64,000 bases of DNA, taken from the NCBI RefSeq assembly GCF_031769215.1, contig NW_026782351.1:1-64000 (forward strand), read 5' to 3'. Shown piece after piece: positions 40,439 to 53,790 of this stretch. This stretch comes from Ylistrum balloti. Lineage: Eukaryota. The notes under the pieces are model-generated. The model saw nothing but the letters and a program-made list of their open reading frames with translations. It was not told where the DNA came from and did not search any database. Numbering within the stretch: position 1 is the first letter of the stretch; each line of letters begins with the position of its first letter. A program made the position numbers and the translations under genes.

Positions 40439-41698
40439 AAACAAGAGGCCCAATAGGCCAGCAGTGCTCACCTGGTGTATGTATACACCACTCAAATATG
40501 CCTCTAGGCCTTTTAGTTTACTGTGGATTCATTTATTTTCGTTGGGTTCAATTTTCGTTGTTTCTACAAATTAGACAGTTTCGTGGACTCATAAATTCGT
40601 GGATTTTTGATTCTGTGGGAAAAAAATAAAAACGTTAGAATTTTCTCTTTTTGCTTCCAGTCGAATTTTTTTCTGTTTGTATTAAGGCTATGTTCACAGG
40701 AATTAACACTAATGACAAGAATAAAAGAACGTTTTTTTTTCAAGATGGCGTCCTGTGTTTTTATAACGCTGTTTACAACAGTCTCGCATTAATATCAAAC
40801 CACAAATCAGTATATATCCTGGCGTGTAATCAATCGGTAATTATCAGAAACAATTGTTTTCAGTGGATAAACATTGTGTGCTGATCAGTCGGTGTACCGC
40901 AGTCATATGAAAACACCACGCGTATCGATGGGACCATGTGTGTAAACAGGTGTGTAAACAAGATCTGCATTATTAATAATTATTGTGAACCTGTAGTCGG
41001 ATAGAAATACGGATCCAATTTTCAATCGACAGGATGGTCCGATCAAGCCTAGTGTCCACAGTGTCGCTAACGACTGCGATCCCATCATACTTAGCATCAC
41101 AATGGGTACTTACCCTTTGTTATGTTTAATAATATATAATCATATATCGTTGACACCAATTTAGCGTATCCATGTCGAGCCTCAGACTACCCGACTCCCG
41201 ACTAATTACGGGGCTTCTGTCATTACCGGTGGACGTTTCCGGTGTCGGCAAAGATTACTTGGTCAAATTTCAAAATTACTTTAGTAAGTAGTTCATATTT
41301 CGTTGTTTTTAAATTCGTGGATTTGCTCATCCACGAAAACAACGAAAATTGGACCCCCACGAAATAAAATGAATCCACAGTATGAGAAGTCATTTGAAGA
41401 TTTTAACAAATTTGACCCCTGTGACCTTGAATATAGGTAAAGGTCATTTATTTTCCCAAACATTGCCAAGCTTCATCATAGGGAACATACCAGCCAAATA
41501 TCATGCCTCAAGGCTTTTTTTAATTCATAAGAATTCATTTAAAGTTTTTTTTTATTAAATTTTTTTTGTTTACAATTTTGACCCAATTGGTTATTGGGAA
41601 GAATTTGTTAAAAAGTTGACACTGGATGATAAATGGACAATTGACGGCAGACGCCACAGCATACACTCACTTGGCCCTTCCGGCCAAGTGAGCTAAAA
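40439..41698 (-). mobile_element. HINE/Helentron-like element interrupted by a MITE
   Basis: Ends aaacaagaggcccaataggcc...gctcacctgg and cacttggcccttccggccaagtgagctaaaa; internal tgacccctgtgaccttga motif. Confidence 0.7.
40521..41380. mobile_element. 860-bp MITE with ~40-bp TIRs and TA target duplication (Tc1/mariner-type signature)
   Basis: TA|CTGTGGATTCATTTATTTTCGTTGGG ... CCCCACGAAATAAAATGAATCCACAG|TA; subterminal ttcgtgga repeats; no transposase ORF. Confidence 0.88.
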
Positions 41699-43421
41699 CT
41701 ATGAGATTCTATGTTCCGAAACATAAATACTAGTATTTACATCATTAATCTCAAATCTTAGCGTACTGCTTTTTAAAGTAGCTGAATAGTACATAATTAT
41801 ATGTACATATATACTTATAATACATAAGATACATAATTGACAAGCTGTTTTGAAAATGGCTCATATCAATATCCTTAGAGAAATCACTTGATAAAAGTGC
41901 ATTCTGAAGTCTTATTAATTCACCACGTTTTTCTTTCTTGGAAAATATGAAGCTATTTCATGTAAAATTGTATATATCACAACACTTCAATTAATGAATA
42001 TGAATGCGGTACAAACAATAAACTGGCACCTGTCAAAAATATCAATAAACAAGATAAAATGCCTTCTTCACAAGTTAAAATATTGAAACTCAAAGAAATC
42101 ATTGTTTTTCAAAACCTACACACAGGATTGTCAGTATGTTTAGATCCAACCAATGTGTTTCTAACTATAGGGGCTTTAGAAAAAAGAGATATTTGTCCAA
42201 CTGGTGGATTATTGATTCCATTGCAAAATTAAAACCTTTGGAAACAATGAGTGTAAAAATGAGTAATTACATTTTATACTTATTATCCTAATAAGGCAAT
42301 ACAAAAACAAAGAGTGGTTGATTCAAAATTACTAATATCTTCAAGAAAATGCCCGTATAAAGATGGCCAAATTAGTAACTTGATTGAAATTTTTCAGAGT
42401 TCAGAGTGCAATTTCCAAAATTTTAAGCGTCCCCATTTCTAAGAGATATAGGTACTTGATATACAGTATATGCTTATTATCTGGCCATCATACTGAAATA
42501 GCTATGTGAAAGACTGTAGCATACAAAGAAACTACATGATGAACAGACTTAACTTCTTACGTACGAAAAAGAAACTTGTATTAATTATATCAAAATGAAA
42601 ATGTGAAAGCAAATAAAAGCACTTGTATACCCATACTTTGCAATTAGCATTTGATCATGGCTAAATATGTACCTTACCAAAAAATTCACACTAGTTCAAT
42701 CACCTGATTTTGTGAGCTTCTCTCTTCAAATGGTAAAAGCCAAATGGCACGAGAAAAAGAATGACAAGGGCAAAACCCTTTGAGAAAATTCTGATGGTAA
42801 AAAATGCTTGATAATAACTACAAATTGTCAGGGGGAATTGAAAGCACTTAAAAAAAAAACCTTTGCATTCTTAAACTAATAGGAAAGCTGAAGGGGATGG
42901 GATATGAAAATAAACATACTAAATACATGTCATGATGTTGCTTACCCATTTACACTCTGATGGACTATAAAAGCCCAGAAAATATCAAGCTGACATTAGT
43001 TCTCCTGGACTTGATGATAAATTTGTCACAATAAAGCACTATATATGGAATGCCAGTGTAGCTTACACAGTCAATGTAGGAAAGATCTTCTGCTAGGACA
43101 ACAATTTAACTAGTAAACTACTTAAAAACAGTATAACTACTCCCTCTTTACAGTCAGATTGAGCAAATATTTGTCAAAATCCTGAAAACTAGCGCCAGTG
43201 AATGAACCTATTGCTATACAGTAGATAATACATGTACAGCACCAACATGGTAAATAGATGGATGGAATTGTATTTTTTTCCCACCAAAAAAAAAATCAAC
43301 AAAGGATATGGCACTGATAGCCTTTGTAGCTTTAGATTTTTTGAAATGTTTACAATCAAGATCTCCGTCATTCTAGCTAGTTTGGTCTTGAGCTCACTAC
43401 CAATCCACATTTGGTCCCACA

Positions 43422-46400
43422 TTACCAATCCTCATGGCCAGGCAGAGGGAAGGTCAGTGCGAAAGATTCCACCTCTTTCTTGAGTGCTGCTATTTTTGCT
43501 CTCACAGCTTCATCTTCATGAACTTTAGCATTGAACTCCTTGAGGGTAGGTCCACAACTGGACTGAATTTCCAAAGCCAGATTGATTCCTGGAAATGAAC
43601 AAAAGCTATACAAGTTACACTACATACTTTTATAATATTACCTTCATTCCTGATCTTACAAGGATTCTGAAGCAAAAATAGACAGGGTGATTCCTACATA
43701 AATCATTTCAAAGCATGTTTGCATTAAGTATAAACATATACATAAAATGTATTCAGTATTACTAACATATACATTTTAAACTCGTCTCAAAATCACTCAA
43801 GTTGAAATTATGTTTTTGTCAAAATAATAAAAGTCCTGATTTTTTTCCTTCTTCTTTGTAATTTTAGTTCAAATGACTCTAATTTCATCCAGTAGAAATT
43901 TTGATCTAGTCAAAGTGATTTTTCAGTCTCTTATATTGTTAAAGCAAGCGAAAAGTAATTTGTTATCTCAAAATTAATTTTAGTCAAAACATCTGCACAT
44001 CTTTTAATGAGTTTGATTCAAAAGTCATCTTCGCAGAACATAAGGCTAAGTATACAGCAGATTAGTCCAGCATATACAAAACAGTTGAACTATGACATTG
44101 CCAGTTTCATTATCAAATTTAGATGTCTTCTTAATTAGTGTCACTGTACTGTAGCAGTGACTTACTTGTAAGGGCTAGGTTGTGTGAATATTAAAAATGT
44201 TCAAAAAGTGTTAAAAACAAATATGCTTCTTTTTTCAAGGACAACAACATGTACAGGTACTGAAAAAGATTTTCAGTGCTTGCTTGCTTTATATGTTTAT
44301 TCTAGTGAAGTCATTTAACATGATCTGTATCTTCAAACATTGTATCTAGTAGCCTATCGAAAGCCAATTTTTAGTTTAGTTTTTTTCCTTCACATTCCAT
44401 AAAATATATGACTGACCTACAGATGGATAGAAGTGAGAAGTTGATCGGTATTTTTATTTCTTATTTGGATAAATAAACAATCAAACAAGAAAGTAAAATC
44501 AATTTGTTTCTGATTACTTACAGGTCTTTATAACAACAGGTTGATTATGATTAATGATTCACTTAATGAATGAATGAGTACCATGCTATTGTAGCCCATG
44601 CTTCGTTCATCAACCTCAGCAAACCTTATTAGGACACTTCAAGTTGTAATTCTGAATATTTTCCATGATCCCTTGATTTTCAAGATAACAAGTTTCGACT
44701 GTAATTGTGTTGTTGTAAGGTGCCCAGAATGACTAAAATATTTTCTGCTCTGAAACATAAGTTCTTTGAATCCTTGGTATTATGCTGTAACTGTTGGACA
44801 GATTTGCTTTTATTCTGATTGGTTACCAGGTAATCCATTATTGAATTTTAGGAATAAATATGTGTAGATTTTGATTGGGTTTTTCAGTAGTTGGGAGATT
44901 CCAAGGCAATCCATTCTCTTGTAATTATGTCAAAGTCTGTTGGTATTTCAGGTCACTATATTGTCCTCTTAACTCACCTACTTATGTTTTTAAGATCAGT
45001 CAGAACTAAATCATGGACAGTCATTAATTTGAAGGAAAATAACTTGTTTTTATTCATATAGGAAAGCAAGTTATCACACAAAAACAAAAGTGTTGATGGA
45101 AAGATGATAGATGCACAGACAGGGGGACAAGCTGATTACTATAGTGCACCTGCATCTCAATAACTTCCATAATTACCATAATTGTATTGATGATTTGAAG
45201 TAAATGAAGCTAGTTTTTTAAATTGTTATCGTTTCATGAACATGTATTTGCCTTACCAGCTTAACTCTTTGTTGTAAACAAAATGCAAGGTTTCATCACA
45301 TTCACAGTAAACCACTGTAAAAAAACTGTTATAAGGATAGATTTTTCAATAAGACATTAAATAAACAAACCTCTGTCTATAAAATCTACAACTTGTTCAA
45401 AGTCAGCTTCTTTCATGTTCCTGGATGTGAGTGCAGGTGTTCCTATTCTCAGGCCACTTGGTTTCAAGGCACTCTTGTCTCCTGGGCAAGTATTCTTGTT
45501 GATGGCAATGCCAATTTCCTCGAGGATTTTCTCTCCACGAGCTCCATCAATCTTGTTGGGACGAAGGTCTACCAAAATCAGATGATTGTCTGTTCCACCT
45601 AAATGGTCATGTAATCAATTTTAGCATTTTGTTTGATGTTTGTTGTTATGCTTAATTTTTTCACCATTACTGCAAATGTCATGATATATACTCATGATAA
45701 TCAAAAACATGATTCTATGTATACTTACCAGTCACAATAGTGTATCCCCTTTTTTGCATGGCTGCACACATTGTTCTTGCATTGCTAATGACTTGTTGTT
45801 GGTATACTTTAAATTCGGGTGAGCATGCCTGCTTCAGGGCTACAGCAACACCTACAAGAAAAATAAACAATGTACACTGAAGACGAGTATTCCAATACAA
45901 TAAAACTTCAGTGGAAAATCGAAATTAATGTTTTTAATAAAATCTAAACACATAAAGGTATAAGATCATGACATGCTAAGATCATTGGTCTATGGTCCAT
46001 GCCCCAAAGAAACCTACAATTTCTCCCCGATTGGTACCAGGAGGACGTATATACATTTATCATTTTGGTGAAAAGTGTAAACCAAAATTTACTCCCAGTT
46101 GTTCAACACTTCAATATTTTATAAACCATATGGTTGATCATAATTTACAAATTAAAGTGATCCTACCAGCTATCTGATGGTTGTGAGGACCTCCTTGTAG
46201 CCCAGGAAACACTGCTTCATTGATCTTTTTTTCCATGTCATACATCACTTGATTTCCATTCTTTAGCACTTTGCGCACACCTGTAATTGACCAAAGCCAG
46301 CATGACTGAAGGGGTTTGTAATTAGCAAATCATTGTGTGTTGTTTTAGTGTAGACCACAAAAAAAGAAAGATCAATGCTATTTTTTAGGTAAGAAATTTA

Positions 46401-49400
46401 ATGATTTTTACAATTGGTGTAGGTCTGTTAATTGAAAATGTCATAATTTTGTCATTAATCATGAAATGGTTATTACTGTATACCATACAATAAATGAAGC
46501 TTTGTAGAATTGTAATAAACATGTATATCCATACATAGCAGGCATGGAGATTATGTTCAATTCACTGGTCAAAACTTCAGCCAAATCCTGGAAGCCAGAT
46601 GGTTAATGAACCAAGGAAAACTCCAACTGTTCTCTGTGACATCTGTAGTGACTTGGATGGCCAACCAACACCAAATCATGTTTAGTTACCATGGAGTATC
46701 ATTAATCCAACCGACATGCTATTTACTGCAATGGTCACATGCTTTATGTGCAAGATCCAATTCAGGTCAAAATATTGAACTGTGTACGACAGTTAGTCAA
46801 TCTCCAAAAATCTGATAACATCTTTGCAGCTATATTCTAATGTTAAGAGGGACACCATGGTAAAACACATCTTATATATTGGATGGTCATGTATAAAGCC
46901 AATTGTCTATATGCTACCTCATTATCCACATTTAATCATGAATGTTCAGTTTGACTACCCAAGTGATAAAGACTTTAAACATAAAATGTAATTATCCGAA
47001 GAAATTTGCATCTACTTTATTTAACATTTTTCTTTCAACTTCTCCATTCTTGACCCCCTTTACAACATCCACTTGTCCTGTCAACTTTAATTAAATTGAG
47101 TATCGCATGTTTCCTCATTCCCAAGGCAATTGTTCAGTTGTTAGCAATCATTCTATTAATTGGTTTTAATGACTTCCTATCCTGAATGTCCAATCATCCC
47201 AGCACTATTCAACAATTCTTTGCTTTGCAGCTAATGCAGTAACTGATTACTGCAGGTAATTGCTGATAAATAGGGATTCCCATGATTTTAATTATCAAAG
47301 AAAGAAGGACATACTCATCAAGTTTCCCGCCCATGTTCATTTGTGATATATAAACATTTAAAGAGAGCAACATGGAAAACAGAAAAGGATATCAGCCAAT
47401 CAGGTCACAGCAGCCTAATTAAATATGTGTGAAATTTACCTTTTATCAAACTTGTGCAAGGCATTAAGGTAACAAGTGTAACAACCAAGTTTCTTCAAAA
47501 TCTATACCAGTACTTCAAAAGATATGCCGAAAGCAGCATCCCGAGGGACAGATGGACGAATGGATGGAACTCATTTGAATATCCCCCACCAACTTTGTTG
47601 GGCAGGGGTTAAAAAAACAAGAGCAATAAAAAGTGGTCATTGGTAACTTTTGACATTTAACCTTAACCAATGACTGCCAAAATCTAATCAGGTGTGCCAC
47701 CTGATGTGCTGATATGGTATGAAAATCAATTAAATCAGTTTAGGGGTTCATGAGATGTCTTGTAACCTACCTTTTATTTTATTTCTAGTGCACTCCTGGA
47801 CCTTTAATAACCACTTTGATAAGTGATTAAAATGAATGCATGTGTTGTCCTTACAAAACAAAAGTAAGTGATTACTCCTGCTTATATCTTTAATGTTGAC
47901 AAGACAATGACAGGAAGCTTGCATTAACCATTTTTTTGCTAATTAGGAAAATACAGACAAAAATTAGGAAAAATATTCAATTTCCCTTAAGAATGGGTTT
48001 GTGTATTGTACCCTATAAATGCCTGGCAAAAACCAGTCCTTAAATTAAACCTCAACTGATGACCACCAAAATCTACCTAGGTATATAACAATTTGATGCT
48101 ATGGTATGAATGTGAATTAAATCTGTCCAGGAGTACATCAGCTAATTTACACACAAGCTATGCATGGGCAGGTGCACAAAGTGATTACTAAAACGCTTCC
48201 CCCTTTTTATTAATGAGGCTGTATAACAGATATTAAGGAAAAGGATCCAAATAGCTCAACAGTATCAGCCACATAATCATTATGTTCACTTCATGTTGAA
48301 CTTAGGATGATACTTCAGGCTGAAATATGATTGGACCGTTTTTAATACCTTTTCTGTAGAAAATAATTCCAGATCTTGGTCCTCGGAGTGTCTTGTGGGT
48401 TGTGGTTGTAACAATGTCACAGTATTCAAAAGGGTTTGAAACCAGGCCTGCAGCAACTAAACCGCTGACATGTGCCATATCCGCCAATAGGTAAGCATCA
48501 TTCTCATTGGCAATCTCTCGAAAACGTTTGTAGTCAAGATTTCTTGAATAGCAACTCACACCTGTAAATATATAAAAATTCACAAATTTACAACTATTCA
48601 CTTTTTTTCAATAAATTCATTTTTGCCACAACTCTTCCACATTTGATGAGGAAAAGCTATCCAGGGCCTACTTTTGAGCAATCTAGGGCCGATAATGGGC
48701 TACATTTCCAACTAAATCATTTCATGATCGAGCTAAATTCCCGAGGTTTGAAGTAAAGGAGAGATTTGTAATTGATAATCCTGAAAATCTCTTTCCTAAT
48801 TCACCAATTTTCTTCCAAAAATAATCACAATTGCTGCATCCCAAACCAGTGAAAAAAGCAGTTATATCTGTCTATAAAATGTCATCTTTCTAGTGAGAGT
48901 ACATTTTATTTATCCATAGGCAGTTATATAAACAAGTTGATTTGTACAAAGTTCACATTTACCTGCTACAATCATCTTTGGAAGAAACATTTTGGCATTT
49001 TCATGGAGGCGGTCATAATCAATAAGGCCTGTAATAGGATCAACTTTGTAAGGAAAAGACTCAAAGTAAACTGATGTAGCTGATATCTTCTTAGATGGTG
49101 TCATAAAACCATGACTGAGATGACCCCCATCAGGTAGATAAAGACCCATGATGCGTCCATGAGGTCCCACCAGGGCAGTGTATACAGCAAAGTTGGCTGG
49201 TGATCCAGACAGAGGCTGTACATTCACACCCCATTTGTCAGCATCCAATCCATAAGCCTGCAATGCTCTCTTCTGGCACAACAGTTCAATTTGGTCAATG
49301 TATTCATTTCCACCATAATACCTGTACATACAATAGAATCAGTTTGTCAAACAAAAGTTATGTGAAGGTGGGTGGGGGTCTACAGCCTTGATGTATTATT

Positions 49401-50047
49401 TGGTCAATTCAGATAGGGTCTGTAGGTCTAATTTACTCAAAAGTAAGAATTCATTCATAAAACTAGTGTACAAAAAAAGCTGAGAACAGTGTTAAACATG
49501 TTTTAACCATCAAATTTCTTTAAACATCTTTTTATTGCATGTCTGAATCAGTCAAATATACCATCTACATAACTGAAGCAAAGTCACATCTCTCCAATCA
49601 ACAGATACTTTTGATTTGATAGATTTGAAAATGCATTTATTTTCAAAACATTCAAAGAATCAAAATTGATATTACCATGCCTACCTACATCAAGCAATCA
49701 AGTTTTGGAATGTGTTGTAAAGAAATTTATCATGCCCAGACCCTGTTTGACAAATCCCATGCTATGCTTTGAAATATACACTACTTCTGCAATAACTAGA
49801 AACATGATTTATTTTTCTTATTCAAATGATGGCATGCTAACCTTTGACCTGGCTGACCCTCAGAATACTTGTTGGTCAGACATGATCCTAAAGCCTGGTG
49901 AACTGCCTTGCTGGTGAAGTTCTCAGAGGCAATTAGTTCCAGCCCTCTTCTCTGTCGGTCTTTTTCATTAATAATTATCTGTGAAATCTCAGGATCTTCC
50001 ACCCGGATATCTGTTGTCATATTCCAGTGATCTCCCATACTGTTCAT
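43422..50047 (-). CDS. SHMT1: Serine hydroxymethyltransferase, cytosolic-type, 469 aa
   Basis: Exons 50047-49842, 49321-48963, 48561-48349, 46280-46167, 45851-45729, 45598-45371, 43588-43422 (1410 nt). Motifs [33 protein letters not shown]-lysine motif [47 protein letters not shown]. No presequence from this ATG, and the C-terminus TLKEF...[13 protein letters not shown] is SHMT1-like. SHMT family is certain; the paralog call is less so. Confidence 0.93.
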
Positions 50048-52870
50048 TTTCTTTGTAACAGGGTTGATTTTTCTTCCTGAATAAATACACAATTTCAAAC
50101 TGTGCCCTAAGTGAAAACAGAAATGAATCTAGTATTATTATATATGATCCAAAATCACTTAGGTTGAAAATTACATCAAAATCAGCCAGCCAAATACCAA
50201 GATATTGATGTATAAAGTGCACTATTTTCACCTGCCCTTCTAATACTAATCAGCACAAGCACAACTCGCACTGAATGGGACCTTATCAGCTGTGATGTCA
50301 CAAGTTCAACAACTTTTCGTTCTGTGACTTAAGTGCGCTACTGATTTTTGACATTAAACAGTCCATATAATTTTAGTGAATTTATCAGTGCTGTCCTCAT
50401 AAAGTATTGCTGTTGTCCTGAGAAAAAGCAGTGTGATAGATGAACGAACCAAAAGAGAACATGAGAGAAAAACATATAAACTATAAGATAGAGCCATAAT
50501 ATTCATTTTCAGTAAGTGATTTACATTCACAAATGGATATTAAATATTTTAAGCATTTGCCTGTTTTAATTAAAATTACAGGTTGCAGAAATAGGTATTT
50601 CATGAAATTTAGACAAAAAAAAAAAGCAAAAAAGATAAAATTTGATGGCTGATATTTTTACTGTTGTAATATAAGGGAATTACATAAATGTCTGATTTTA
50701 AGAAGCTTAAAGGGACAATTTAGTTAACCATTATTTTGTTAATTCCAGTAGAATACAAAATATACATATCCAGACAAAAAAATTCTTGTATCAATGTCAT
50801 TTGCTATGTAGCCACTGTCTGCTGTGGTAACTTTAAATGTGGGGAGAGCCAGTACCAAATATAGCATGAATTGTCATTTAGCCCAAAATGACACATTATC
50901 TGATGGGAACAAAGTTGCTATTAAACAGATCTAAATGATGGAGGAACAGGGTGATGACATGATTGCCTAAACATTGAAATTAATTACTAGTATTTTTCAC
51001 ATTTAAAAACACAGCAAAAACCGATATTATCTATTTAAAAATACCTTTAAGCAACATTGATATTTCAATATTTTTATGAAGTGATAATTCAGGTAGAATA
51101 CGTTAAGTCTTTATTCATATTTTGTTATCAATTGTTACACAACAGCAAGATATCACACTTAAATGATGGTTAAATAGGTGATTTTCCTTATTTTCTTGTT
51201 TAGGCAAAAAAAAAAAAAAAAAAATCCCTTCCAATGTTTTATTTCAGTACACTTTTCACCCGTCATAAGGTAGACATTTTAAGAATATTTGAAAAAAAAG
51301 AAGAAAGACATAAATAAAACTCTTTTGTAGTTATGTCCCGGTTTTGACTATTTTTTGCATAATTTGACAGAACCATGGTTTAGTACTGCTTCAAAGACCA
51401 AATTTCTTTCCACTATCAATGTATCAATATGACCAAACCAATAAAAACTTATACATACAAATAAATTTATCACTTTTCAGTAGGCTCTATTACCTAAGTG
51501 TGCATACCTCTCTGTGCCTTACAAACTAGGAAATGCTTAAAATAACATGTTGGGATTTATTTAGATAATAACTCTATGCCTTGACGACTAAAATCTAGAA
51601 CAAGCAATTACGTCATCAATAAATAATGATTTTTAGATTAGGAAAATTTGTTGATATCAGCTACCTATAACAAAGTATCAATATATATATATCAACAAAA
51701 AACATTTCATTATCAGCATTTCAAAGAAAATGGTTGACTGATGATGTGTCAAGGTATGAGCACATTGTAAGCTGATCTAATGAAGTAATAGAGCTCAACA
51801 TAATTCTGATACTGAAACTAGTACATGTAGTGTATGTACATATGATACAAAGAGACATGTGTATAGTTAGTTCGTGTCAGGCAAAGTACTATACAAAGTG
51901 CCAGATAAAAAATACTGCCTACTTTACCACAATCTTACCAGTGGTGAATCAATCCAGGATTAAGGATCTGACTGTGCAAGTTTAAAGTCATAAATTGGGA
52001 GATTTAAAAAAAATCAAACAACTTTGCAAAAAATGCTTCCGAGACCTAAAGCATAAAGTGTAAAAAACAAGATGATGTTGAAAATGCTAATCAATGTGTC
52101 CACAGATTTTGGGATATTCTATGTTATTTTAACATTGACAATTTCTTCTTTATCTTTAAACCATATGTATGAAAACAGAAATTCACAGGATTACAAATAT
52201 ACATAATTCAGTTCATAGCATAGAGTAAAAGTATTAAATATACCACAGAATTCTCTGGATACTGTACTTTGCGTTAATTACATCAAAGTTGAACTACAAT
52301 ATACACATGCAAGCAAAAGACTGCATCTTTTGTAAGTGCATAAAAAACCAGTCTGTCTACACCAATGCATTTTAATGTTTTGATGCATCTGTACTATAAT
52401 CCCTACAGCAATAACTTGTACAGTATAATGATTTTTCAAACACTTTCAATTTGGATATTTAAATTATTTTATGAAACACTTCTCTTTTTAAAATTTCATG
52501 TTTTTCTATTGATTTACTTGGAGTTTGTTACATAAATCCGTCAAATAAAATAGCAAATAATAGTAACAAAAACACTAGAACGTTAAAAATGTGACAGGTT
52601 ACTTGTTAATATGAATTTTTAAGAAATATTGAAATTATCTGTGTCCTGAGAGATGGACAATGAAATGGACACAAAATTAAAGTTATAGACCGCTTGTTCC
52701 AACTACTAGGCTATGTTATGCAAGCTTCAGTAACTTTCAAGATTTAAGTTATACTAAACGCACCATATATTTGTATCAAATAATGTCAATTTATTGTATC
52801 ACTCTCGTTATGACATTGGGCTGAAATAAAAATGACTGACATTAAAGCGATACGAAGAAAAATAACTTAC

Positions 52871-53790
52871 AATTACAGATGTTTTGTTTCACACTCCCGC
52901 TCCGCAAAGCGCATGTGCTCCTCTCTGCACCTTGAAGCAAGAAGGCCGAAACATCTGTTTTCCCGGGATATATAGACTTAACAACGAATCAAACATCGGC
53001 TTACGATCATCCAATGATAATATTTGTTACAGTTGAGAAAAGCGGCGCATTCGAATAAATGTCTTAAGAAAACCGTCTATACTTATTTTCTATTCCAATA
53101 GGAACCATTTTTTTTAAAGCAGAGACGTATGTAATACTCGAACGGTCGAATTAAATTAGACTTGTATTTTTCGTTTCTCTTGGTCGTAGAGGAGCGGAAA
53201 TAACAAGTCTATTTTTACCGAAATGATTCTTTCAATCATGACTGAAAAAACCCTCACAGAACCAAATTATGGTCTGTAAGGAGTAGTTTGAAAATAGCGA
53301 CTTCTGAATGAATGCAAAATGACCATATGTTTAAATGACAATATGAAATGGCAAATACTGCACACGCAAATGGTAAAATTGTATATTTTAAGTGGCATAT
53401 CGGTTCAAGTCCTTCCACAGAATTAAGTTTCTTGATTTGTCCAGAGACGTATATATCACATATATACATATGATATATATACGTCTCTGATTTGTCATTA
53501 TTTCATCGGGGACATAAATTATCTTGTACGTCGGTTGTAATGAATCATAATTACATTATTTACATCCTCAATGATATTGTATGGTATATTAGTTTCTGTT
53601 TTGAGTTAAGAGTGACGGAAAATATCTTATAATAGTGGCGTGTTTCCTTATTTTTTGCACAACAGTACGTTTTTTACCTCCCTTCCTAAGAACAGGAAGT
53701 AGCAGGTGCGCGCGCTGACGAAATATTTTGACAAGAAGCTTTCCTCGCAACCTGAATGATTGAATAGCTGTTCAAAACATCGCACAGTCA
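52871..53790. promoter_or_regulatory. Bidirectional promoter region SHMT/CLUAP1, including the probable distal SHMT first exon
   Basis: Minus-strand donor GTAAGT at 52870-52865; CpG-rich patches at 52890-53000 and 53640-53790 with NRF1-like gcgcatgtgc (52909) and ETS-like caggaagt (53693). Confidence 0.55.

Noticed and set aside
46599-46778. CxxC...CxxC pattern (VLCDICSD...VTCFMCK) resembling a B-box fragment, antisense in a SHMT intron
   Set aside because: Interrupted by a stop, spacing is atypical, and remaining ligands are missing; compatible with chance.
53640-53760. RFX X-box expected for the ciliary gene CLUAP1
   Set aside because: Only degenerate half-sites (e.g. gcaac); no acceptable full match.
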